A DNA stretch of 64,000 nucleotides, taken from Acutalibacteraceae bacterium (lineage in GTDB: Bacteria > Bacillota > Clostridia > Oscillospirales > Acutalibacteraceae). Location: contig JAZROQ010000003.1 of the NCBI GenBank assembly GCA_045648765.1, forward strand, positions 2,965 to 66,964, in the 5' to 3' direction. Below are positions 37,169 to 47,705 of this stretch, piece by piece. The notes beneath the pieces were generated by a model. The model worked only from the letters and a program-made list of their open reading frames with translations. It had not been told where the DNA came from and did no database searches. The position numbers were made by a program, and so were the translations under genes. The number at the start of each line of letters is the position of its first letter. The stretch's first letter is position 1.

Positions 37169-37320
37169 TTGCCTTCTTCACACAGCAAATTGTGCACCAA
37201 AGTTGTCTAAAAGTGACAAAAATAAGAGGGGGATGGGCATGCTGAAACGTGTTAATTTTGTGTAATGTTACAAAAATTAACAAAAAGGTTGAAAGAAACA
37301 ATTTATTTTACACAAAAATA

Positions 37321-37349
37321 TTTACAAAAAAAGGAAAATACGGTATACT
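37321..37349 (+). promoter_or_regulatory. Putative promoter of the large GH16-like gene (TTTACA-17-TATACT)
   Basis: Hexamer spacing counted by hand. It lies in an AT-rich intergenic region. Confidence 0.5.
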
Positions 37350-37424
37350 ATTCTTAACACAAGGGCACAAACAGTAAAAGGGGCGCGCTGATAGTGCTTT
37401 TGTGAGTAGGAAAGGAGAAATACT

Positions 37425-40400
37425 ATGAGAAAAACAACACGAACACCCGCACGGATGCTAGCCTGCTGTCTTTCGATAGCATTGCTGCTTTCATGTTGCC
37501 TTTCGGGATTGGCATTGCCGGTGGCGGCGTCACCGACAGAACCTGAAATTCCTTCGGTAAACCTGTTTCCCAACGGTGATTTGGAAGGAACGCCGATCGG
37601 CAACGGATGGACCTCTTCGGTTTCGGCAATCAATGCTGCTGCCGGTTTTGGCGGTGGCAGTGCCTTTGAAGTGTACGGCAAAGACGGCGGTTCCAACTAT
37701 GTTCAATTGAGAAATATTACTCTGCCTCAACCGCTCAAAGCGGGGAAAACATACGTATTCCGCTATAAGCTATACGGCGGACAAGGTTTCTTTTGGTGGA
37801 GTGATTCTTCAACGTTGTCGGCGGACATTAACTGCAAACAAGCTCTTACCAAAAATGCGACCGAATGGACGCAAGTTCAGGTGAGTTTCTCTCCCAAAGC
37901 GGATATGTCGGTTATCAACGGTTTGCATGTGTATAACAGTAACAAAACCACCGACAGTGTGTTTTATGACGATTTTGAAATTGTGGAATATGTACCCGGT
38001 ATGAACTTTGTGACCGGCAGCGATGGCTCGGTGTTGCCGATGTCGACTAACGCCGCGTACGCCAGAAACATATTTTATAATTACGCCGCAAACATAAGCC
38101 TTGCCAATGACAACGGCAACGACGTGTGGCGTTTTTCGGGATTGACCGCTAATTATCATTCGGCACACCTGCATTTAGATGCCTTAAAACCGCCGACGGT
38201 GGCAGGTGATGAAATTGCTTTTTCGTTCCGCTACAAAACGGCAGCGGGTAATGCAACCATCACTTCCTCTGATGGCAGTTTAACCAATGTGAAAACGGTT
38301 AACGATCCTAATAACGAGGGATGGAAGATCTTTTCGGCAAAAGCTACCGTAACCTCTTTTACGTGGATATATTGTTTGGTTTTTTCCGGCACGACGGAAG
38401 TACTTATCGATGATTTTTATATCGGCCAAACCACCGCGGTGGATATTACCGATTCTGCTGTTAAAGTCGCGGCGAAGGAGTCGGTCGATTTGGCATATAC
38501 CGTGAAACCTGCCATTAACGCTGTGACGTGGTCTTCATCGGACGAAGCAGTTGCCACAGTGGATGCCGACGGAACGGTTACCGGTGTGGTACCCGGCACG
38601 GCTACGATTACCGCAACACTCCCCGACGGGAAAACCGACACGTGCGAAGTAACGGTAACGCGCCCTGTTGTGCGCAACGAGTTTTTCCCGGGCGGCGATA
38701 TGGAGGGAACGCCTGTCGGCAGCGGTTGGGAAACAGCAAGTTCCACCGTGAATGCCACGGCGGGATTCGGCGGCGGTAAAGCGTGGGAACTTTTTGGTGC
38801 AGTAGATGCTGCCAAGAGCGTGCAATTAACTAATGTCACCTTAACACAACCACTCAAAGCAGGAAAAACTTACCTTTTCCGTTATAAAGTGTACGGCGGA
38901 AACGGTTACATGTGGTGGAGCGACAGTACGACCTTGCCTGCCTCGTATAACTTCTATTCCGCGGCCGCAAAACCTGCCGACGAGTGGGTGGAAGCACAAC
39001 TGGTCTTTACGCCGTCTGCCGATATGTCGGCTATCAAAGGGTTGTATGTTTATAACACGAATAAAGACGGTACCAGTGTGTATTTTGACGATTTTGCCAT
39101 CGTGGAATACCGCCCCGGCATGAACACCATACCCGGTGAAGACGGCTCGGCGTTGCCACTTACGGCGGCCAGCTCGGTGCTCAGCAAATTTACCGTGAAT
39201 TTGGCGCAAGACGGCGAAAATACCGTTTGGAAATTCTCGGGATTGGATGCAACAGACAAATATTTGTTGTTAGGTCATATTGCCCCCATGGTAACAGCAG
39301 GGGATAAGTTGACGGTTTCCTTCCGTTACAAAGGTGTGGATGCAGATGCCACGGTGTCGATGACCAGCGGCAGTCTTGCCAACGCCATTATCAGTCATAA
39401 CACGTCTACGGTTCCGGATGCAGAGGGATACCGCACATATAGCGCTGTAATAACGATGCCGAGCGTTAACCTTAACTGGTCGGCACGGCTTAGATTTAGC
39501 GGCGCTACCGAAGTGTATGTCGATGATTTTTACGTAGCGGAAAGCACGGGCTTGGAAGTTTCTGATTTGACGGTAGCTTCGGGTGCCGCGCAAGTGTTGA
39601 CCGGCGCACAAGTTCCGGTGTCGGTCAAGGTTACGAACCCCCGTGCGGAAGATATCGACCAAGATGTCATGGTGGATGTACGGATTTCCAACGGCGAAAC
39701 CGATATCAAACTGGCAACTTTAACGGTTCAAGGCGGTTTACAAGCAGGGGCACAAACGGTGTTGTCTGTCCCTGCTCCGTGGACGGCGTTGGAAGGCGAA
39801 TGGGTGGTTTCTGCTCATGCCTATACCTTGTTGGCGGCAGAAGAACGAAACGGAACCCAAACCAACCTCCGCGTAGCGGATGCACTTTTGGATGCACCTG
39901 CTTTGGCTCAAGCAAGTGGATATAACAAGTTGATATTCAGCGATGATTTTGCCACCGCTAATGTGGATACCGCCTATACCGGCAATTACGGTTACAAATG
40001 GTATTTGACCGATTTGACAGGTGTCGCGGGTGATGCCTCCGACTATACACTTACTGACGACGGAATCCTTTTGGCTGCTGATAATATGCGCTACAACTGG
40101 CTGCTCTGCACCATGGATGGCAGAACCGCTGCCGGTTGGCGCGGATTTACTCACGGTTATTTGGAATTCCGCACACGGTTTAATCACAACAAAGATGCCG
40201 ATGCTCCTGCCGGCGTCAAAGGTCCCGCTGTTTGGTCGTTCCCGCCCGAAACCATCTCTTCGGCTGCCGGCACCTTAGACCGTCACATCGAAATGGACTG
40301 GATGGAATATTGGGGCGACGCCTATGGGGATATGTATTGGACCGTTACCATGCACGACCAAATTAATCCCAGCGGCACACAGCATATCAACAACGGCAAA

Positions 40401-41660
40401 TCCTACGGCGTTCACGGCGATAAATTTGACATTGGCGACGGCGAGTGGCATACGGTAAGCTATTCGTGGAGCGAAGGCGTTTTGGTAGCCTATGTTGACG
40501 GCGTACAATGTTTCAGTCAAACGTGGAGCCAAGACGGCAGCGAAACGTATCCGGCAACAACAGTCCGAACCGGCGAAGCTCGCGCAGATGCTCTTTCGCC
40601 GCTCGATAGTCAGCTTTCTCCGCTTATTCTTGCCGGTTCAAAAGGCTGGCCGCTCGAAATTGACTATATCCGCGTATGGCAAGCCGACGGACAAGCGGCA
40701 AGCGTAATTCCTCAGGCAGATGAAAACACGGTGGTTTCGTCTATGACATGGGCTCATAACGCTTCGCGTGTTCTTCCGATTGCCGACGAGGCATCTGTTA
40801 TGTGGCATTCCGGTAATCCTTCGGTTGCTACCGTGGGGAACGGAAAAGTGACAGCTCATCACAGCGGTCAAGCGGTCATATCGGCGTATACGGAAGATGC
40901 CTTGCTGGCGCAGTACACGCTTACCGTGGATCGTTTTGGCGAAAGATTGCCCATTGGTGATTTTGAATCGTCGGATGATGCCAACGATAAAACGTGGTAT
41001 CATGGCTCTGCCAACTATACCATTATCGGCGAAGGCAAAGGTTCGGTTGTTACCGAACCCGACGGTAACCGCGCTTTGGCCATGCCGGCAGGAGCGTTTG
41101 GTTATCTCTATCAAGCCAATATCGAACCCGGCAAAACGTATCGTTTTTCGGGACGTGTCAAAGGCTCGGTCGGCGCAAACTTGGTACAGTTTTATACGCT
41201 GCCGTTGTACGACGGAACAGCCGTGACAAAACAACCAACCGCGGGTCATGCTGAGGATGAATGGGTGGAATTCTCATACACCTTTACCACCTATAACGTG
41301 GTTAACGGAGCCTATTCATGCGAAAGAAATTATAGCATGATTTTACGTAACAGCGGTACAACGACTGCCTATTTCGACAACTTGTCGTTGGTAGAAACCG
41401 ATGGATACGTTATCCAGGGTGTCGGCAAAAAACTGTCATCGAGCAGCAGCAATTTAGGGTTGCTCAACGGTTGTTTCCCAACGTTGGATAAAACGCAATA
41501 TACCTTTACTTTGACAGCGGAAAACACCGCGGTGTTCGCGCAAACTTCCGCCTCGGTACTCACCGCTATCGCACCGGGTACCACCAACGTTACCGTGACG
41601 GCGACTCCTGTTGACGGCAGTGCGCCGCTGACGGCAACCGTCAAAGTGACAGTCGAATAA
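37425..41660 (+). CDS. Secreted multidomain carbohydrate-active protein: signal peptide, duplicated CBM-like modules, Big_2 domains, a CARDB-like domain and a GH16-like (concanavalin-type glucanase) catalytic domain
   Basis: 1411 aa. The signal peptide is MRKTTRTPARMLACCLSIALLLSCCLSGLALPVAASP. A Big_2-like stretch reads VTWSSSDEAVATVDADGTVTGVVPGTATITA. The GH16-like blocks are GPAVWSFPPE, HIEMDWMEYWG (ExDxxE at 40289-40306), EWHTVSYSWSEGVLVAYVDG and LEIDYIRVWQ. Confidence 0.75.
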   Translation: MRKTTRTPARMLACCLSIALLLSCCLSGLALPVAASPTEPEIPSVNLFPNGDLEGTPIGNGWTSSVSAINAAAGFGGGSAFEVYGKDGGSNYVQLRNITLPQPLKAGKTYVFRYKLYGGQGFFWWSDSSTLSADINCKQALTKNATEWTQVQVSFSPKADMSVINGLHVYNSNKTTDSVFYDDFEIVEYVPGMNFVTGSDGSVLPMSTNAAYARNIFYNYAANISLANDNGNDVWRFSGLTANYHSAHLHLDALKPPTVAGDEIAFSFRYKTAAGNATITSSDGSLTNVKTVNDPNNEGWKIFSAKATVTSFTWIYCLVFSGTTEVLIDDFYIGQTTAVDITDSAVKVAAKESVDLAYTVKPAINAVTWSSSDEAVATVDADGTVTGVVPGTATITATLPDGKTDTCEVTVTRPVVRNEFFPGGDMEGTPVGSGWETASSTVNATAGFGGGKAWELFGAVDAAKSVQLTNVTLTQPLKAGKTYLFRYKVYGGNGYMWWSDSTTLPASYNFYSAAAKPADEWVEAQLVFTPSADMSAIKGLYVYNTNKDGTSVYFDDFAIVEYRPGMNTIPGEDGSALPLTAASSVLSKFTVNLAQDGENTVWKFSGLDATDKYLLLGHIAPMVTAGDKLTVSFRYKGVDADATVSMTSGSLANAIISHNTSTVPDAEGYRTYSAVITMPSVNLNWSARLRFSGATEVYVDDFYVAESTGLEVSDLTVASGAAQVLTGAQVPVSVKVTNPRAEDIDQDVMVDVRISNGETDIKLATLTVQGGLQAGAQTVLSVPAPWTALEGEWVVSAHAYTLLAAEERNGTQTNLRVADALLDAPALAQASGYNKLIFSDDFATANVDTAYTGNYGYKWYLTDLTGVAGDASDYTLTDDGILLAADNMRYNWLLCTMDGRTAAGWRGFTHGYLEFRTRFNHNKDADAPAGVKGPAVWSFPPETISSAAGTLDRHIEMDWMEYWGDAYGDMYWTVTMHDQINPSGTQHINNGKSYGVHGDKFDIGDGEWHTVSYSWSEGVLVAYVDGVQCFSQTWSQDGSETYPATTVRTGEARADALSPLDSQLSPLILAGSKGWPLEIDYIRVWQADGQAASVIPQADENTVVSSMTWAHNASRVLPIADEASVMWHSGNPSVATVGNGKVTAHHSGQAVISAYTEDALLAQYTLTVDRFGERLPIGDFESSDDANDKTWYHGSANYTIIGEGKGSVVTEPDGNRALAMPAGAFGYLYQANIEPGKTYRFSGRVKGSVGANLVQFYTLPLYDGTAVTKQPTAGHAEDEWVEFSYTFTTYNVVNGAYSCERNYSMILRNSGTTTAYFDNLSLVETDGYVIQGVGKKLSSSSSNLGLLNGCFPTLDKTQYTFTLTAENTAVFAQTSASVLTAIAPGTTNVTVTATPVDGSAPLTATVKVTVE

Positions 41661-41678
41661 CCTTTTTGGCAAACACAC

Positions 41679-41706
41679 AAGAGCGTGGCGAACGCCACGC
41701 TCTTTC
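41679..41706 (+). terminator. Hairpin terminator after the GH16-like gene
   Basis: AAGAGCGTGGCG-AA-CGCCACGCTCTT with a weak T tail. Confidence 0.55.
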
Positions 41707-41824
41707 CCTGTGACAAAAAACTCTTGCTTTTTTAAAATAAGTATGATATACTGCATACAGTGATAACGATTTTAGTAAAGGAGTGGGGCAACCCGCTCCT
41801 TTGTGTTTGTGGTAAGGAGGGCGT

Positions 41825-42346
41825 ATGGCACAACCAAAAAAATCGGGCGGGAACATTGCGGCTGTTTGTCGCGAGTTGGCACAACCCGCCGCCGAACAAC
41901 TGGGTCTTTTTTTGTGGGATGTTCGTTTTGTGAAAGAGGGGACCGATTGGTTTTTGCGCATTATCATTGATAAACCGAACGGCGTTACCATTAACGACTG
42001 TGTCGACATGACACATTTGATGAACCCCATTTTGGACAAAGCTGATCCCATTTCGCAATCGTATTGCTTGGAGGTTATGTCCCCCGGCATCGAGCGGGAA
42101 CTCACCCGCCCCGAACATTTTGCCGCATACGAGGGTGAACTTGTCAACGTTAAACTGATTCGCCCCGACGAAAACGGCGAACGCGAAATTGTCGGTGTGT
42201 TACTGGGTGAGGGCGACGGTGCCGTCACCTTGCAAACCGACGAAGAAACAACACGTACATTTTCTCACAAAGAGATTTCCGCGGTACACGTGGTAGATAT
42301 GTGGGATGAAGAGTCAACAGACGAAGAAATCATAACGGAGGAATGA
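41825..42346 (+). CDS. rimP: Ribosome maturation factor RimP
   Basis: LWDVRFVKEGTDWFLRIIIDKPNG... is a typical RimP sequence and the gene sits immediately upstream of nusA. Confidence 0.88.
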   Translation: MAQPKKSGGNIAAVCRELAQPAAEQLGLFLWDVRFVKEGTDWFLRIIIDKPNGVTINDCVDMTHLMNPILDKADPISQSYCLEVMSPGIERELTRPEHFAAYEGELVNVKLIRPDENGEREIVGVLLGEGDGAVTLQTDEETTRTFSHKEISAVHVVDMWDEESTDEEIITEE

Positions 42347-42352
42347 CACAAA

Positions 42353-43417
42353 ATGACTAACAATGCAGAATTTTTTGACGCCTTACGGTTGCTCGAAAAA
42401 GAAAAAGGAATCAATGGCGAATACTTGCTCGAAAAGATTCGCGCTGCCATTATCTTGGCTGTAAAAAAAGATTACGGCGGAAAAGAAAACATCCGTGTTA
42501 TCATGGATGCGCAAACCGGTGAATTTTCGGTAGCATTGCTCAAAACCGTGGTGGAAGAGCTCACCGACCCCGACGAAGAATTGTTGCCCGAACAAGCGGT
42601 AAAATACTCCAAAAAAGCCAAAGTCGGCGACGTGGTGGAAATTCCGCTGCAAACCAAACAGTTTGGTCGTATTGCGGCGCAAACCGCCAAACACGTGATC
42701 CGTCAAGGCATCCGCGAAGCAGAACGCGGCCAAAAAATTGTGGAATTCCAACGTCATAACCAAGAATTGGTCACGGCATTGGTTTCCCGCGTGGATCCCA
42801 AAACGGGCGCTGCCACGGTGGAAATCGGCAAATCCGAAGCCGTGTTACCCAAAAACGAACAAGTCGGCGACGAAGTGCTGCGTGAAGGCATGCGTGTGAA
42901 AGTCTACGTGGTAGATGTTAAAGACACCGAAAAAGGTCCTCGCGCTCTCATTTCTCGCACACACCCCGGCTTGGTCAAACGCTTGTTTGAAATGCAAGTA
43001 CCCGAAATTTTTGACGGTACGGTAGAAATTAAAGCCATCTCGCGTGAAGCGGGTTCCCGCACCAAACTGGCGGTTTTCGCCCACGACGAAAACGTGGATG
43101 CCGTCGGCGCTTGTATCGGTGCCAAAGGTGTTCGTGTGGCAGAAATTGTGGAAGAACTCTGCGGCGAAAAAATCGACATTGTCGAATACAGCGAAAACTC
43201 CGAAGAATTCATTGCCGCTGCTCTGGCTCCCGCCAAAGTTGTCAGCGTGGAAGTCGATCCTGAAGGCGCCAAAGCCTGCCGCGCCACCGTGCCGGATGCG
43301 CAACTTTCTTTGGCCATCGGTAACAAAGGTCAAAATGCGCGCTTGGCGGCAAAACTGACCGGTTGGAAAATCGATATTCGCCCCGAAAGCGGTTTTTACG
43401 GCGAAGACGAGGAATAA
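42353..43417 (+). CDS. nusA: Transcription termination/antitermination factor NusA
   Basis: N-terminal domain, S1 and two KH domains (IGAKGVRVAEIVEEL; AIGNKGQNARLAAKLTGWKIDI). Confidence 0.95.
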   Translation: MTNNAEFFDALRLLEKEKGINGEYLLEKIRAAIILAVKKDYGGKENIRVIMDAQTGEFSVALLKTVVEELTDPDEELLPEQAVKYSKKAKVGDVVEIPLQTKQFGRIAAQTAKHVIRQGIREAERGQKIVEFQRHNQELVTALVSRVDPKTGAATVEIGKSEAVLPKNEQVGDEVLREGMRVKVYVVDVKDTEKGPRALISRTHPGLVKRLFEMQVPEIFDGTVEIKAISREAGSRTKLAVFAHDENVDAVGACIGAKGVRVAEIVEELCGEKIDIVEYSENSEEFIAAALAPAKVVSVEVDPEGAKACRATVPDAQLSLAIGNKGQNARLAAKLTGWKIDIRPESGFYGEDEE

Positions 43418-43446
43418 TGAAACGATAACGTTTAGGAGGAAGGGCT

Positions 43447-43725
43447 ATGCCGACAACCAAAAAAATACCGCTTCGCAAATGTACCGGCTGCGGTGAAATG
43501 AAACCCAAACGCGAACTGATTCGTGTGGTAAAAGGTCCCGAAGGGGATATTTCACTGGATGTAACCGGTAAAAAAGCGGGTCGCGGCGCTTATGTTTGTC
43601 CGTGTTTAGATTGCTTGGCAGATGCCCGCAAAGCCAAACGATTGGAAAAAGCGTTTTCTTGCCGTATTCCCGAAGCGGTGTACGTACAGCTTGAAGAGGA
43701 ATTGAGAGCCTATGAACAAGCATAA
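43447..43725 (+). CDS. ylxR: YlxR/DUF448 family RNA-binding protein
   Basis: PLRKCTGCGEMKPKRELIRVV...GRGAYVC. Confidence 0.88.
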   Translation: MPTTKKIPLRKCTGCGEMKPKRELIRVVKGPEGDISLDVTGKKAGRGAYVCPCLDCLADARKAKRLEKAFSCRIPEAVYVQLEEELRAYEQA

Positions 43726-44023
43726 GCTTTTGGGGCTTTTGGGGCTGTGCCGTCGTGCCGGACGGTTGGTGACGGGTTTTGATGCCGCCATCGATTTGTG
43801 CAAAGAACCGTCGGTACTGCTTATGGTGGCACAAGATGCCTCGCCCCGCACGGTGAAGGAACTGCGTTTTCACGTAAAACAGCAACCGCTGTATACGGCG
43901 CCGCTTACCAAAGAAGAAATCAGTACCGCCCTCGGCTTGCAAAAAGCAGTGGCGGTAATGGCAACCGCCGACGAAGGCTTTGCCAAAGCGATGCGCCAAT
44001 ATCTTATAGAGGAGGAATCCTAA
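43712..44023 (+). CDS. L7Ae/YlxQ family RNA-binding protein
   Basis: [16 protein letters not shown]....[16 protein letters not shown]. It holds the conserved position between ylxR and infB. Confidence 0.8.
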   Translation: MNKHKLLGLLGLCRRAGRLVTGFDAAIDLCKEPSVLLMVAQDASPRTVKELRFHVKQQPLYTAPLTKEEISTALGLQKAVAVMATADEGFAKAMRQYLIEEES

Positions 44024-44025
44024 TT

Positions 44026-46374
44026 ATGATGATTAAATACCGTGTCAGTGACGTCGCCAAAGATTTTGGTGTACCGGGCAAAGCGGTGATTGAACTTCTT
44101 GCCCGTTTTGACGAAACACCCAAAAAGAGCGCCACTGCCTTGCAAGAAGAAGAATTGGACTTGGTGTTTGAATATTTCACCCAACAACACCAAATGGATA
44201 ATTTAGAAAGCTATTTTGCCGAAGCGGAATCTCGTCGTACGGCAAAAACCGCTGCTGCCCCCAAAGCGGAAGAAGCGGCTCCCGTCGAGGAAGCAAAACC
44301 CGAAGCAGAAGCCCCCGCCAAAGAAGAAGGCGGCATTGTCATTCCGCAACAACAACCCAAAAAGAAAGAAAAACCCGCGCCCGTACCGCGCGCTCAAATC
44401 GAGCGTCGTACCGTGGATACCCGCAGTGTGCAAACCAACGTGGGCGACAAATACGACGAAAAATTCGACGTAATGGCGCAAACCTCCAACCGTGTACGCG
44501 GTGATGGCGGCGGTATCAAAAAACAAAAAATCAACCAACGTTCGCAACAATACAAAAAACCGCAACGCCGCCGCGAAACCGAAGCGGAACGTTTGCAACG
44601 TATCGAAGCGGATCGTAAAAAGAAACAAATGACCATCACGGTGGGCGAAGTGATCACCGTGGCAGAATTGGCAGTGCGCCTCAAAGCCACGGTGGCGGAA
44701 GTTATCAAAAAACTGATGATGCTCGGTTCCATGGTCACCGCCAACGAAGAAATCGACTTCGATACCGCCTTCTTGGTGGCCGAAGAATTCCACGTCAAAG
44801 TGGAACGCGAAGTGGTTGTCACCATTGAAGAACAAATCATCGACGACAGCGAAGATACCGACGGCGACTTGCAACCCCGCGACCCGATCGTGGTGGTTAT
44901 GGGCCACGTTGACCACGGTAAAACCTCGGTGCTCGATGCCATCCGCAAAACCAAAGTTACCGACGGCGAAGCAGGCGGTATTACACAACACATCGGCGCT
45001 TATCGCACCAAAATCCAAGGACAATCCATCACGTTTTTGGATACCCCCGGTCACGCGGCGTTCACTGCCATGCGTGCGCGCGGTGCCCAAGTAACCGATA
45101 TTGCCATTTTGGTGGTAGCAGCCGATGACGGTATCATGCCGCAAACGATCGAAGCTATCAACCACGCCAAAGCGGCAGGTGTTTCGATTATTGTCGCGAT
45201 TAACAAAATGGATAAACCCACCGCCAACCCCGACAAAGTCATGCAACAACTCACCGAATACGAATTGGTTCCCGAAGAATGGGGCGGTGACGTTATATGC
45301 GTGCCGGTATCCGCGCTCACGGGTATGGGCATCGACAAATTGCTCGAATCGGTGTTGCTGGTAGCCGAAATCAAAGAACTCAAAGCCAACCCCGAACGTG
45401 CCGCCAAAGGCTCGGTTATCGAAGCGCGGTTGGATAAAGGCCGTGGCCCGATTGCCACGTTGTTGGTGCAAAACGGCACCTTGCACGCGGGCGATATTGT
45501 GGTGGCCGGTACCGCTGTGGGTAGAGTGCGCGCCATGACCGACGATTGCGGCCGCAAAGTCAACAGCGCCGGACCTTCCGTTCCGGTCGAAATTATGGGT
45601 CTTGCCGAAGTGCCCACCGCGGGCGATACTTTCAATGCGGTATCCGACGAACGCTTGGCACGTGAATTGGTGGAACAACGTAAACAATCCGCCAAAGAAG
45701 AAGTGTTCAAACAATATCAAAAAGTGACGTTGGATAACCTGTTTGACCAAATGCACGAAAACGACATGAAAGAGCTTAACATCATTGTCAAAGCCGATGT
45801 GCAAGGCTCGGTCGAAGCGTTGCGTCAATCGCTCGAAAAACTCAGCAACGAAGAAGTGCGCGTGCGCGTGATTCACGGTGCAGTGGGTGCCATCAGCGAA
45901 AGCGATATCACCTTGGCACAAGCTTCCAAGGCAATTGTGGTTGGCTTTAACGTACGTCCCGACCCCATGGCGCAAATCACTGCCGAACAAATGGAAGTCG
46001 ATATGCGCATGTATCGCATCATTTACGACTGCTTAGACGAAATCGAAGCCGCCATGAAAGGCATGCTCGCACCCAAAACGCGCGAAGTGTTGCACGGTCG
46101 TGCCGAGGTACGCCAAGTCTATCGCATCAGCGGTGTTGGCTTGGTTGCCGGTTGTTACGTGCTCGACGGCAAAGTCTACCGCAACGATTTGTTGCGCATT
46201 GTGCGTGACGGCATCATCATCGGCGACGATAAGATGATTTCGCTCAAACGCTTTAAAGACGACCAAAAAGAAGTGGCCCAAGGCTACGAATGTGGTATTG
46301 GTTTGGAAAAATTCACCGACATTCAAGAAGGCGACATTTACGAAACCTATATCATTGAGGAATACAGAGATTAA
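44026..46374 (+). CDS. infB: Translation initiation factor IF-2
   Basis: GGAGGA RBS. GTPase motifs [18 protein letters not shown] and NKMD, with a low-complexity Lys/Glu/Ala N-terminal region. Confidence 0.95.
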   Translation: MMIKYRVSDVAKDFGVPGKAVIELLARFDETPKKSATALQEEELDLVFEYFTQQHQMDNLESYFAEAESRRTAKTAAAPKAEEAAPVEEAKPEAEAPAKEEGGIVIPQQQPKKKEKPAPVPRAQIERRTVDTRSVQTNVGDKYDEKFDVMAQTSNRVRGDGGGIKKQKINQRSQQYKKPQRRRETEAERLQRIEADRKKKQMTITVGEVITVAELAVRLKATVAEVIKKLMMLGSMVTANEEIDFDTAFLVAEEFHVKVEREVVVTIEEQIIDDSEDTDGDLQPRDPIVVVMGHVDHGKTSVLDAIRKTKVTDGEAGGITQHIGAYRTKIQGQSITFLDTPGHAAFTAMRARGAQVTDIAILVVAADDGIMPQTIEAINHAKAAGVSIIVAINKMDKPTANPDKVMQQLTEYELVPEEWGGDVICVPVSALTGMGIDKLLESVLLVAEIKELKANPERAAKGSVIEARLDKGRGPIATLLVQNGTLHAGDIVVAGTAVGRVRAMTDDCGRKVNSAGPSVPVEIMGLAEVPTAGDTFNAVSDERLARELVEQRKQSAKEEVFKQYQKVTLDNLFDQMHENDMKELNIIVKADVQGSVEALRQSLEKLSNEEVRVRVIHGAVGAISESDITLAQASKAIVVGFNVRPDPMAQITAEQMEVDMRMYRIIYDCLDEIEAAMKGMLAPKTREVLHGRAEVRQVYRISGVGLVAGCYVLDGKVYRNDLLRIVRDGIIIGDDKMISLKRFKDDQKEVAQGYECGIGLEKFTDIQEGDIYETYIIEEYRD

Positions 46375-46386
46375 GGAGGGCTTAGT

Positions 46387-46740
46387 ATGTCCGGTTATCG
46401 AATGGACCGTACCGGCGAAGATATCATGCGTGAACTGACCGCCATTTTGCGAACAGTTAAAGACCCGCGCGTGTCGGGGCTTATCAGCATTGTCCGCGCC
46501 GAAGTAACGCGTGATATGTCGTATGCAACGGTGTATATCAGTTCGATGGACGGTATCGAAGCGGCCAAAAACGCAGTGAAAGGTCTTACCTCTGCTGCGG
46601 GATATATGCGGCGTGAATTGGGTGCGGCGCTCAAACTACGTCATGTTCCGGAATTGCGCTTTGTCGCAGACGATTCCATTGCTTACAGTTCCAAAATTGC
46701 GCAAACCTTGCGCAATTTGCAAACGGAGGACGACCAATGA
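46387..46740 (+). CDS. rbfA: Ribosome-binding factor A
   Basis: RTGEDIMRELTAILR.VKDPRV...ITIVRAEVTRDMSYATVYIS. Confidence 0.9.
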   Translation: MSGYRMDRTGEDIMRELTAILRTVKDPRVSGLISIVRAEVTRDMSYATVYISSMDGIEAAKNAVKGLTSAAGYMRRELGAALKLRHVPELRFVADDSIAYSSKIAQTLRNLQTEDDQ

Positions 46741-47705
46741 GTACGCCGATAACGGTGGAAAAAGCCGCCGCTATGCTCAAAAACGCCGATAACATCTTAA
46801 TACTCACTCACCATTTTCCCGATGGCGATACGCTCGGCAGTGCGTTTGCTTTGTGCCGCGCGTTGCAAACCATGGGCAAAAAGGCGCGCGTGATTTGCAA
46901 CGATGCTATTCCCGAAAAATACGACTATATGACCACCGCCGTGCCGCAACCCGATTTTGAAGAATCGTTCGTGTGCGCGGTGGACGTGGCCGATAGCCAG
47001 TTGTTGGGGGCTTCCTTGCAACCGTATGTCGACAAAGTGGAACTTTGCATCGACCACCACGGTTCACATCGTCCGTTCGAAAAGCATTTGCTGCTCGATG
47101 CCACCATGGGCGCTACCGCCATGCTGATTTATCAAGTGATAACCGCCATGGGCGTTGCGGTGGATACGGTAATGGCCGATTGCCTGTATACCGGCATGGC
47201 TACCGACACGGGTTGTTTTAAATACAGCAACACCACACCGCTTACGCACCGCATGGCAGCCGAACTCATGGAAGCGGGCGCCAATGCCGAAACCATTAAC
47301 CGCACCATGTTCGACATCAAATCCCGCGCACGCGTGCAACTCGAACAAGCGGCATTGCAATCCATTGCCTTTTACGACAAAGGCCGCACGGCGTTTATGC
47401 GCATCACCGAAGAAATGATCAAAGCCGCCGGCGCTAACGAAAACGATATGGAAGGCTTGTCACCGCTTCCCCGCCAAATCGAGGGCGTTTGGGTGGGCGT
47501 GATGATGCGCCAAAAAGCCGACGGCGATTACAAAATCAGTGTACGTACCGGCACACACGCCGACGCTTCTGCCATTTGCGGATTGCTCGGTGGCGGGGGA
47601 CACCCGCGTGCCGCCGGTTGCACGTTGTCAGGAGAGGCGGAACAAGTTATCGAAACGGTGCGAAAAGCCATTCATAAAGCTGTTCCGTGCATTACAAAAC
47701 GATGA
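46737..47705 (+). CDS. nrnA: DHH/DHHA1 phosphoesterase (NrnA-like oligoribonuclease / pAp phosphatase)
   Basis: THHFPDGDTLGS, DHHGSH and GGGHPRAAG are the DHH and DHHA1 motifs. Confidence 0.85.
   Translation: MSTPITVEKAAAMLKNADNILILTHHFPDGDTLGSAFALCRALQTMGKKARVICNDAIPEKYDYMTTAVPQPDFEESFVCAVDVADSQLLGASLQPYVDKVELCIDHHGSHRPFEKHLLLDATMGATAMLIYQVITAMGVAVDTVMADCLYTGMATDTGCFKYSNTTPLTHRMAAELMEAGANAETINRTMFDIKSRARVQLEQAALQSIAFYDKGRTAFMRITEEMIKAAGANENDMEGLSPLPRQIEGVWVGVMMRQKADGDYKISVRTGTHADASAICGLLGGGGHPRAAGCTLSGEAEQVIETVRKAIHKAVPCITKR

Noticed and set aside
37236-37268. 10-codon ORF with a GAGGGGG RBS upstream of the GH16-like gene
   Set aside because: It is too short to support and there is no attenuator-like structure downstream. 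It is mentioned only in the palindrome finding.
44203-45990. 595-aa minus-strand ORF
   Set aside because: It is antisense to infB, has no recognisable motifs and has a skewed F/G/H composition. It is a shadow ORF of a highly conserved gene.
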